From NCBI GenBank assembly GCA_021732605.1, contig JAKFUS010000003.1, forward strand, positions 51,476-115,475: a stretch of 64,000 bases of DNA, in the 5' to 3' direction. Origin of the DNA: Betaproteobacteria bacterium (GTDB lineage: Bacteria; Pseudomonadota; Gammaproteobacteria; Burkholderiales; SG8-41). This document shows positions 26,603 to 34,020 of this stretch, one piece after another; the stretch's first letter is position 1, and each line of letters opens with the position of its first letter. The notes under the pieces were generated by a model. It did no database searches. It was not told where the DNA came from and saw only the letters and a program-made list of their open reading frames with translations. The translations under genes were made by a program, and so were the position numbers.

Positions 26603-28336
26603 TCAAGCTGCAGCCGTCAGCAGGGACTGCCCGGGTTTGACGCGGGTGAAATGCACCGGTTGGGTTTCGCTGGCAAAACGCCCGCCCTGCCAGCTGACAC
26701 AGGTGTAGCGCGAATTTTCCAGATCGCGCACTTCGGGGAAATCGGCGCGGAAATGCGACCCACGCGAGTCTTCACGCGCCATCGCGGCAAAACGGATTGA
26801 TTTCGACACCAGCACCAGATTTTTCAGGTTGATCCAGTCATGCCAGGTCAGATTGAAGGCCAGATTGGAACCATCAACACCAGTCGCATCCAGTCGAGCA
26901 TCGAGTTCGTCGAGCAATCCCGATGCGCGGTTCAGCGAATTGGCATCGCGGACAATGCCGACGTCGTCCCACATGACGGAATATAACTCGTCGCGAATGG
27001 CATTGATATCGAAACTGCGGTCGCCACCGCCACGTCGATTCAGCGGTGCACGGCAGCGCGCCACCGCGGCGTCGATCGCCTCCTGATCCGGCACGCGGAA
27101 TTCGCCGTTGGCCTTGACCCAGCCCGGCATCACATCACCGGCAATGCCGCCGAACACCGTGGAATTGGCGACGCCATTGCCGCCAAGGCGATTGGCGCCG
27201 TGCACACCGCCGGAATCTTCACCGGCGACAAACAGCCCGGGCAGGTCGGTCGTGCAATCGGTTTTGAACACCACGCCGCCCATCATGTAATGGGCAGTGG
27301 GCACCACATCGACCAGTCCGCCGACCAGGTCAAAACCGCAGTCGGCGCAGCGTTCAACCATGCCTTTAAATTCTTTGCGCACCATCACCGGGTCGAGGTG
27401 ACTCATGGTGATGTACAGGCCGCCGTGCTGGTTGACGCGGCCGGCGCGCATTTCTTCGTACATGCCACGACTGACGATGTCACGGGTCGCACGCTCATTG
27501 CGCGGATCGTAGTGGTGCATGAAACGCTCACCCGCACCGTTCAGCAGGTAACCGCCGGCGCCGCGCAGGCCTTCTTCAATGATGGTGCCGGTGATGCGCG
27601 TGTCGGAACCGGCAATCAGCCCGGTGGGATGGAACTGCACCATTTCCATGTCGCGCAGCATCAGCCCGCTGCGCAGCGCCATCGCCATGCCGTCGCAGCT
27701 CTTGTCGCCGCTGGGCGTGTGGTACTTGTACATGGTCGGCCCGCCGCCAGTCGCCAGCAACACCGCCTGTGCCTGCACGAAGACGAATTCGCCGCTGCGC
27801 ATGTCGATCATCAGCACGCCGGCAATCGCATCGCCGGCCTTGTTCTTGATGAACTCCACAGCGCGGTGTTCTTCGAGTCGGTCGATGCCGCGCGCCCACA
27901 CCTGCTCGGCGAGGCGGTTGATGATTTCAATGCCAGTCAGGTCGCCTTTGTGCACAGTGCGGTCAAAGGTCTGCCCGGCAAAGGCTTTCTGGTGGATGGT
28001 GCCGTCCGGGTTGCGGTCGAAGAAACAGCCGAGCTCGTTCTCCAGTTCGTGGATGCGCTCCACCGCAGTTTCCACCAGCGTCCACGCCAGATCCTGGTCG
28101 GGCAGCCATTTACCGCCCTCAATGGTGTCCATGAAATGGCGCTCAACGGAATCCCCCGCAGCCAATGCCACGTTGTAGCCGCCCTGCACCATGCGCGTAC
28201 AGCCGGTTTTGCCGAGCAAGCCCTTCACCGCGACGGTGATCGACAGTTCGGGATTGTGCTGATGGGCGTGCAGCGCGGCGAACAGGCCGGCGCCGCCGGA
28301 CCCGAGGATCAGGATATCGGTCTGGATGGTTTTCAT
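26603..28336 (-). CDS. succinate dehydrogenase / fumarate reductase flavoprotein-family subunit (SdhA/FrdA paralog)
   Basis: 577 aa. DILILGSGGAG is the FAD motif. VQFHPTG, EGLRGAGGYLLN, PTAHYMMGG and GANRLGGNG retain the dicarboxylate-binding His/Arg set. The flavinylation motif reads GCTRMVQGG instead of SHTVxAQGG. Confidence 0.85.
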   Translation of the reverse strand: MKTIQTDILILGSGGAGLFAALHAHQHNPELSITVAVKGLLGKTGCTRMVQGGYNVALAAGDSVERHFMDTIEGGKWLPDQDLAWTLVETAVERIHELENELGCFFDRNPDGTIHQKAFAGQTFDRTVHKGDLTGIEIINRLAEQVWARGIDRLEEHRAVEFIKNKAGDAIAGVLMIDMRSGEFVFVQAQAVLLATGGGPTMYKYHTPSGDKSCDGMAMALRSGLMLRDMEMVQFHPTGLIAGSDTRITGTIIEEGLRGAGGYLLNGAGERFMHHYDPRNERATRDIVSRGMYEEMRAGRVNQHGGLYITMSHLDPVMVRKEFKGMVERCADCGFDLVGGLVDVVPTAHYMMGGVVFKTDCTTDLPGLFVAGEDSGGVHGANRLGGNGVANSTVFGGIAGDVMPGWVKANGEFRVPDQEAIDAAVARCRAPLNRRGGGDRSFDINAIRDELYSVMWDDVGIVRDANSLNRASGLLDELDARLDATGVDGSNLAFNLTWHDWINLKNLVLVSKSIRFAAMAREDSRGSHFRADFPEVRDLENSRYTCVSWQGGRFASETQPVHFTRVKPGQSLLTAAA

Positions 28337-28342
28337 GACGGT

Positions 28343-28954
28343 TTAACTTTTGACGCCGAGGGCGGCGAGCACACCCGCGCGTTTGTCTTTGGCTGCGGCA
28401 TTCACTGCCGTGTAGAGGCTGCCGCCGTGGGAATCCATCGCCACCAGTAGCGGGCCGAAACCCTTGACGCGGAACTTCCACAGCGATTCCGGGTTGAGAT
28501 CATCGAGATCAACTTCCTCGATCTGCTCAATCCAGGTGGTCTCCAGCGCCGCAGTGCCGCCAATGATCGCGAGATAAACACCGCCCAGTTCGCTGAAAGC
28601 CTTGGCGGAAGAAGTAAACAGTCCGCCCTTGCCGATGATGATGCGCACGCCGTACTGCGCCATCAGCGGTTGCGTGAAACGCTCCATGCGCGCACTGGTG
28701 GTGGTGCCGATGCAGATCGGCGCATACCCCGAGGGATGTACCTCGGTCTCACCGACCCATTTGACGTTGGGCGCGGTGTGGACAACAGCGTGGCCGCGCA
28801 TGTCGAAGCGGGTCTTGCGGCCGTGGTCAAACATGTGGATCTGCGTCGCATCGCGGATGCCGTAGAGTGTCTTGTGCAGCGTAACCGTGTCATTGATGCG
28901 CAGCTGGCGTACCTGTTCTTCGCTGACCGGCATGTTGAGTTCGTAGTGGGCCAT
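28343..28954 (-). CDS. Fe-S type hydro-lyase, beta subunit (class I fumarate hydratase / L-tartrate dehydratase TtdB-like)
   Basis: 203 aa. RIIIGKGGL and AIIGGTAALE.. are family blocks. Its stop lies 6 nt before the flavoprotein start. Confidence 0.85.
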   Translation of the reverse strand: MAHYELNMPVSEEQVRQLRINDTVTLHKTLYGIRDATQIHMFDHGRKTRFDMRGHAVVHTAPNVKWVGETEVHPSGYAPICIGTTTSARMERFTQPLMAQYGVRIIIGKGGLFTSSAKAFSELGGVYLAIIGGTAALETTWIEQIEEVDLDDLNPESLWKFRVKGFGPLLVAMDSHGGSLYTAVNAAAKDKRAGVLAALGVKS

Positions 28955-28962
28955 TGAAATTC

Positions 28963-28997
28963 GGTGATTGGTGATTGGTGACTTGTAACTTGTAACT
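28963..28997. repeat. heptamer microrepeat GGTGATT x2, GGTGACT, TGTAACT x2
   Basis: Five contiguous 7-mers fill most of the 52-nt spacer between the hydro-lyase alpha stop (29007) and beta start (28954). Confidence 0.9.
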
Positions 28998-29006
28998 GGT
29001 CTGAAC

Positions 29007-29882
29007 CTAGTAGCCGTAGCTCAGGCCCTGCGGGGTGAACGTAGCACGCGCGCGCCGCGCCGAATGGCACTGCATGTTGACTGCTACGGGATTCATCGTG
29101 ATGTGGGTGGCCGCGGTTTCGACATGCACCGCAAACGCTGTGGAGTCGCCGCCCAGACCCTGTGCGCCGACACCCAGCTTGTTGACCACGGCACTCAGTT
29201 CGGCCTCCAGCTTGGCGCCCTCAGGATCCGCGCATTGGCTGCCCAGCGGACGCGTCGCCGCGACTTTCGACAGGTGAACACACAAATCAGCCGTGCCGCC
29301 GACGCCGACGCCGACGATCACCGGCGGGCAGCTCTTGCCGCCGGCTTCCAGCACGCAGTCGATGACGAAGGTCTTGATCGCATCCACGCCGTCAGCGGGA
29401 ATCGCCATTTTCAGCCAGGAGTTGTTCTCCGAACCCGAGCCCTTGGGAATCATCTCGATCGACAGGGTGTCGGCATCCGGCATGAAATCGATGTTGATCA
29501 CCGGCACATGACGGCCGCCGGAGGTGTGTTCGTTTTTGCGCGTGGTCGGATGCACCACGGAGGACCGCAGCGGATGCTCCTTCGTCGCGCGTGTGCAGCC
29601 GCTGATGATCGCCTGTTTCAGCGCGTGCCCATTCACTTCGACATTGGCGCCGATCACCACGTTGTAGATCGGAATGCCGGTGTCCTGGCACAGCAGATTG
29701 GTATTGTCTTCGGCCACGGTGATGTTGCGAATCATGGTGCCGAGGATGGCTTTGCCGGTGGCGTTGGTTTCGGCACGATCGAGTCGCTGGAAACCCTGCT
29801 TGATGTCCGGGGGCAGCATTTTGAGCGCACGTATGTAGAGCTCCTTGCACGCTTCTTCCACTTGCTTCAGATCGACCTTCAC
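29007..29882 (-). CDS. Fe-S type hydro-lyase, alpha subunit (class I fumarate hydratase / TtdA-like)
   Basis: 291 aa. LCQDTGIPIY, MIPKGSGSEN and CPPVIVGVGVGGT carry the cluster-ligand Cys blocks of the tartrate/fumarate subfamily. Confidence 0.85.
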   Translation of the reverse strand: MKVDLKQVEEACKELYIRALKMLPPDIKQGFQRLDRAETNATGKAILGTMIRNITVAEDNTNLLCQDTGIPIYNVVIGANVEVNGHALKQAIISGCTRATKEHPLRSSVVHPTTRKNEHTSGGRHVPVINIDFMPDADTLSIEMIPKGSGSENNSWLKMAIPADGVDAIKTFVIDCVLEAGGKSCPPVIVGVGVGGTADLCVHLSKVAATRPLGSQCADPEGAKLEAELSAVVNKLGVGAQGLGGDSTAFAVHVETAATHITMNPVAVNMQCHSARRARATFTPQGLSYGY

Positions 29883-29963
29883 GAAACCACCTTCATAAAT
29901 GATGAAAACCGCCGCGACAACGCGGCGGGTCCGGCTCTTTTTACCTGCATCATTTCAACCACA

Positions 29964-30926
29964 TCAGTTCACCTGCAGCTTGCGTTCCTTGATGATTTTT
30001 TCCCAGCGCGCCGATTCCGCCTTGATGTCGCGGGCGAAATCCTGCGGACTGTTGCCCACCGGCACCATGCCGATTTCGTTGAACCGCTTGACCAGATCGG
30101 GGTTGCGCAACGCCTTGACGGTATCAGCATGCACCTTGTCGACCACCGCTTTGGGTGTGCCGGTCGGCACCATGAAACCGAACCAGCCGAGATTCTCGAA
30201 ACCCGGCAGCGTCTCGGCAATCGCCGGCACGTTCGGCACCTGGGGCGCACGCTCCTTGCTGGTGACGCCCAGAGCGCGCAGCTTGCCGGTGTTGATGAAG
30301 GCAATCGCCGCCGACAGATTGGGGGTTACGAACTGGATTTGCCCGCCGACCAGGTCGGTGACCGCCGGACCTTCGCCCTTGTAGGGGATGTGGGTGACAT
30401 CGATGCCCGCGGTGTAGATAAAGTTTTCCGCGGCGAGGTGGGTTTGTGTGCCGACACCGGCCGAGCCGTAAGTCATCGACTTCGGTTTGGCCTTGGCCTG
30501 CGCAATGAATTCCTTCAGGTTTTTCGCCGGTGCACTCGGGTGGACCACGAGGACCTGCGGGCCGCTGGCGACACTGGTCACGGCCATCAGATCCTTCTCA
30601 GGACTGAACGGCATCTTCGCGTACATATGCTGGTTGGCGGTAACGATGGAGCCGGAAGTCATGAACAGCGTGTAACCGTCGGGATTGGCCTTGGCCACAA
30701 TATCGCCGCCGATGTTGCCGCCGGCGCCGGCACGGTTGTCGACAATCATCGACTGCCCCCAGGCCTCGTTCAGCTTTTGCGCCACCAGGCGGGCCACGAT
30801 GTCGGTCGCACCACCTGGCGAAAACGGCACGACAATGCGCACCGACCTGGTCGGATAAGCGTCTGCAGCAAAGGCTCCGGCGGAAAACAGCATGCATGCC
30901 ACGGCGATCAGTTTTGCTTTGTTCAT
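29964..30926 (-). CDS. Bug/TctC-family substrate-binding protein
   Basis: 320 aa. Signal peptide, then YPTRSVRIVVPFSPGGATDIVAR. Confidence 0.85.
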   Translation of the reverse strand: MNKAKLIAVACMLFSAGAFAADAYPTRSVRIVVPFSPGGATDIVARLVAQKLNEAWGQSMIVDNRAGAGGNIGGDIVAKANPDGYTLFMTSGSIVTANQHMYAKMPFSPEKDLMAVTSVASGPQVLVVHPSAPAKNLKEFIAQAKAKPKSMTYGSAGVGTQTHLAAENFIYTAGIDVTHIPYKGEGPAVTDLVGGQIQFVTPNLSAAIAFINTGKLRALGVTSKERAPQVPNVPAIAETLPGFENLGWFGFMVPTGTPKAVVDKVHADTVKALRNPDLVKRFNEIGMVPVGNSPQDFARDIKAESARWEKIIKERKLQVN

Positions 30927-31030
30927 TATTTTCTCCTCACGGTCCGGTTTTATCTGTTGTCACACAACCCTGTTCGTTTCACGATACCCCACGGTCTGCG
31001 GAGCAGCAAGCCGCCATCCGGTTCACCGCA

Positions 31031-32440
31031 CTACAAGCCCAACGCGTCCGCCGCGAGTTTGCGCAGTTCTTTGACCAGTTGCGTGCGCACGCTGCGATAT
31101 GCCGGCTTTTTCGCGACATTGATCAGTTCGTAAGGATCGCGGTCGAGGTCGTAGAGCTCATCGAGTTCGCCATTGCGCGCGCGATTGACCCAGTGAATAT
31201 ATTTGTACCGATCGGTGCGCACCGCCTTGTAGGTCATTCCCACCAGCCATGGGTAGGCATTCTCGGCCCAGTATTCGACGAATACCGATTTGCGCCAACC
31301 AGCACGCTTGCCTTTGATCAGCGGCAGCAGCGAGCGGCCCTGAATATGTTTACCCGGTTTGCCGCCGGCGATCTCAATCAGCGTCGGCGCCAGGTCCTGC
31401 AGGATCACGAGCTCTTTGGCCTTCCTGCCGGCCTTGATGTGTTTCGGCCAGCGGATGGTCAGCGGCGAACGGATGCCTTCTTCGTAGGCGAAACGGCGCT
31501 CGGGGCCGATGCCGTGTTCACCAAAAAAGTAGCCGTTGTCGCCTAGGAACAGGATCACCGTGTTGTCGAGTTCTCCCGTTTCCTCCAGTGTTTTCAGGAT
31601 CATGCCGACACCCTCGTCGACCGCGGCCATCATCGCCGCGCGCAGACGGATTTCCTCCTGCTTGCCGGAGTGGATCGCATCCAGCATGACTTTTGACTCC
31701 GCGGTCTTGCGCAACTCGACCGCTTCGGCCCACACCGGCTTGTGCTTCAGAAACTCGGCGGGCTGCTGCATGTTGGGTTTTTTCGGGAACACGCAGCCCT
31801 GGTAAAGATTTTCATGGCGTTTCGCCGGGCGGTATCCGTCCATGCGGAAGGAGCCATCGGCAGCCTGCTCGGCATCGGGATGCACGGCCTTGTGCGCAAA
31901 CCACAAGGACCAGGGCTTTTTGTTCTTGCGCTGGCCCTTGCTGCGGATCCAGTCCGTCGCCATGGTGTTCATGATGTCGGTGATGTAACCCTCGTGCTGT
32001 ACGTACTTGCCGTTTTCGTTGAGCTTCGGGTTATAGAGATTGCCGTGACCATCGTAGGCCACCCAGAAATCGTAGCCGGGACGCGGCTTGCCGTCGTTGC
32101 CCATATGCCATTTGCCGATGTGCGCCGTTTCATAACCGAGTTTTTGCAACTCAAGGTGGTAATTCGGCAGGCGGTGGCTGGCCAAGTCGCGCGCGACGTT
32201 GTCGATGATGCCGTGACGGCTGGCGTATTGCCCCGTCAGTATCGACGCGCGGTTCGGTGAACAGATCGGTGTGGTGTGAAATGCGCGTTCGAACAACACG
32301 CCTTCATGCGCGATGCGGTCGATGTGCGGTGTTTTCATGTAGGGATGGCCACCGGCGCCGAATTCGTCGTAACGCAGGTCATCGACCAGGATCACCAGCA
32401 GGTTCGGCTTTTTGTTTACGGGTTTTTTCTGCATGCCCAT
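31031..32440 (-). CDS. Cys-type (formylglycine) sulfatase, no recognisable signal peptide
   Basis: 469 aa. LLVILVDDLRYD, and CSPNRASILTG carrying the C-x-P-x-R FGly motif. N-terminus MGMQKKPVNKKPNLLVIL goes straight into the first beta strand. Confidence 0.85.
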   Translation of the reverse strand: MGMQKKPVNKKPNLLVILVDDLRYDEFGAGGHPYMKTPHIDRIAHEGVLFERAFHTTPICSPNRASILTGQYASRHGIIDNVARDLASHRLPNYHLELQKLGYETAHIGKWHMGNDGKPRPGYDFWVAYDGHGNLYNPKLNENGKYVQHEGYITDIMNTMATDWIRSKGQRKNKKPWSLWFAHKAVHPDAEQAADGSFRMDGYRPAKRHENLYQGCVFPKKPNMQQPAEFLKHKPVWAEAVELRKTAESKVMLDAIHSGKQEEIRLRAAMMAAVDEGVGMILKTLEETGELDNTVILFLGDNGYFFGEHGIGPERRFAYEEGIRSPLTIRWPKHIKAGRKAKELVILQDLAPTLIEIAGGKPGKHIQGRSLLPLIKGKRAGWRKSVFVEYWAENAYPWLVGMTYKAVRTDRYKYIHWVNRARNGELDELYDLDRDPYELINVAKKPAYRSVRTQLVKELRKLAADALGL

Positions 32441-32463
32441 CCCCTTCCGTTATTTCGCGACGT

Positions 32464-32811
32464 TCAGACCAGATTCAGCAGGAAAGCCAAGCCAGTGACC
32501 AGCGACACCCCGGTAGCAACTGCGATCAGCGTTTTCTGCCACTCGCGCCATTCGAGGAATTCCAGCGCCAGCAGGCGCAATCCGCCGGCCATGTGCGCTG
32601 CCAGCAGCAGCACCAGTCCAGTCTCGGCGAATTTCACCAGCGGATGTTCGGTCCAGCGCAAAAAACCGTCGAGCGCGGCCGCGCCGTGCAAGGCCTGACC
32701 CAGCGCCCAGAAATGCAAGGGCAGGAACAGCGCCAGCAACACGCCGGAGCCGCGATGCACGATGAATGCCCAGTAAGCAGGATGGTTACGCGCGCGGAAA
32801 TCGTTTTTCAT
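32464..32811 (-). CDS. small 3-TM membrane protein, SdhC-like (cytochrome b anchor) subunit
   Basis: 115 aa from ATG 32811. FIVHRGSGVLLALFLPLHF resembles the SdhC H-R-x-S-G motif. Its ATG overlaps the upstream stop (ATGA). Confidence 0.6.
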   Translation of the reverse strand: MKNDFRARNHPAYWAFIVHRGSGVLLALFLPLHFWALGQALHGAAALDGFLRWTEHPLVKFAETGLVLLLAAHMAGGLRLLALEFLEWREWQKTLIAVATGVSLVTGLAFLLNLV

Positions 32812-33158
32812 GCCGCGCCCGCCCCAAACACGCCGAACACCGCACGCATGCCCCACATCGCCAGACTCAAACCGATAATGCCGGTCAGCACATCAAGACG
32901 ATGGCCGCGCCAGTTGAAGGTTTCGCTGATGATGGTGCGCAGGCCGATCGGCGCATGCACTGCAACCGCGAACACAAACAGCGTATAAAACGCGAACCAC
33001 GCGATACTGCCTTGGGTTCGGCCGAGGATTTCAGCGGCACTCAGGCCGCTGCGCACGGCATAAATCATGGTCAGCAGATGTACCACCACGCACAAGGCCA
33101 GCACCATCGCGCTGATGCGCTGCGCGCCCCACAACAGGACCTGGGCGCGCTGGTTCAT
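32808..33158 (-). CDS. small 3-TM membrane protein, SdhD/FrdD-like anchor subunit
   Basis: 116 aa with three hydrophobic segments and conserved His residues (VVVHLL, AVAVHAPIG). It lies between the SdhB-like and SdhC-like genes. Confidence 0.55.
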   Translation of the reverse strand: MNQRAQVLLWGAQRISAMVLALCVVVHLLTMIYAVRSGLSAAEILGRTQGSIAWFAFYTLFVFAVAVHAPIGLRTIISETFNWRGHRLDVLTGIIGLSLAMWGMRAVFGVFGAGAA

Positions 33159-33191
33159 GCCGGCCCCATCCTTGGGGAATGGTAATATAAA

Positions 33192-33213
33192 TATATGATT
33201 TTATTCATTATTT
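33192..33213. repeat. AT-rich 22-nt motif TATATGATTTTATTCATTATTT (copy A)
   Basis: 21 of 22 nt identical to 52744-52765. It overlaps the SdhB-like stop codon by 1 nt and sits 34 nt upstream of the next start. Confidence 0.85.
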
Positions 33214-33926
33214 TATATCTCGCCCGACAGCGTTGCCGCCAGCACAGCGCGCTTCAGCCCGGCGATGCCAGCCGTCGGCGACAAACCCTTGGGGCAGCGC
33301 TCGGTGCAGGCAAGATGGGTGTGGCAGGCATGACAACCGGCATCCCCCGCCACTGCGGCCAGCCGCTCGGCGCGCGCGGTGTCGCGCACATCATTGATCA
33401 GCGTCCACGCGCGATTGAGCGCAGCCGGGCCGAGATAATCCTTGTTCCAGCTGACGACATCGCAGGCGCTATAGCACACGCCGCAGCCGATGCATTCAAT
33501 GCCGGCTTCGACGCGTTTACGCTCTTTCGATTCGGGGGAAACTTTGGCAAAGCCGTCTTTACGCGTAGCACTGCCGCTGAAGCGACCTCGGGCGCGCGCC
33601 CACTTGTCGAAAAATTCGCGCATGTCGGTGACCAGATCCTTGATCACCGGCAGATTGCGCAGTGGCGCGATTTCGAGTTTGTTGTCGGCCGCCACTTTTG
33701 ACACATGGGTGCGACAGGTCCAGCGCGACACGCCATTGACCGTCATCGCGCAGGAACCGCAAACGCCGACACGGCAGGCAAAACGATAGGACAGCGTCGA
33801 ATCGCATTTGCGCTGCACGTAGGTCACGACGTCGAGCACGGTCTGGCTTTCCTGCCGCGGCACTTCGAAATCCTGGAAGTCGCCCTGCTCGGTGCCGCGC
33901 CAGATCCGCACTGTCAGCATGTCCAT
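33213..33926 (-). CDS. succinate dehydrogenase / fumarate reductase iron-sulfur subunit (SdhB/FrdB paralog)
   Basis: 237 aa. The [2Fe-2S] Cys pattern is CRVGVCGSCAM..C, the [4Fe-4S] pattern is CIGCGVCYSAC, and the third cluster is CHACHTHLACTERCP. Confidence 0.85.
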   Translation of the reverse strand: MDMLTVRIWRGTEQGDFQDFEVPRQESQTVLDVVTYVQRKCDSTLSYRFACRVGVCGSCAMTVNGVSRWTCRTHVSKVAADNKLEIAPLRNLPVIKDLVTDMREFFDKWARARGRFSGSATRKDGFAKVSPESKERKRVEAGIECIGCGVCYSACDVVSWNKDYLGPAALNRAWTLINDVRDTARAERLAAVAGDAGCHACHTHLACTERCPKGLSPTAGIAGLKRAVLAATLSGEI

Positions 33927-33974
33927 CGTTTTAGTTCCTTTTGTCTGAACAATGCCCTAGTCCCTCACCCCCGA

Positions 33975-33997
33975 CCCCTCTCCCAACGGGAGAGGGG
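33975..33997. repeat. REP-like palindrome CCCCTCTCCC-aac-GGGAGAGGGG, preceded by CCCTCACCCC
   Basis: Perfect 10-bp stem. The GGGAGAGGG/GGGTGAGGG-type sequence is a widespread proteobacterial extragenic palindrome. It lies between the ThDP-enzyme stop and the SdhB-like start. Confidence 0.55.
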
Positions 33998-34020
33998 AGG
34001 TACTGGCGGTCCATGGTTGT

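Noticed and set aside
27200-28450. 416-aa plus-strand ORF opposite the SdhA-like gene
   Set aside because: Same reasoning. The minus strand encodes a flavoprotein with every family motif, and the plus-strand product is low-complexity (HHVMGSGHHIDQ.., AAQRHRHAVAALVAAGR).
29064-31133. 689-aa plus-strand ORF, the longest in this region
   Set aside because: It lies antisense to three well-supported minus-strand genes (hydro-lyase alpha, Bug, sulfatase 3' end). Its translation is Arg/His/Gly/Ala-rich with no recognisable motifs. This is a typical open antisense frame in high-GC DNA.
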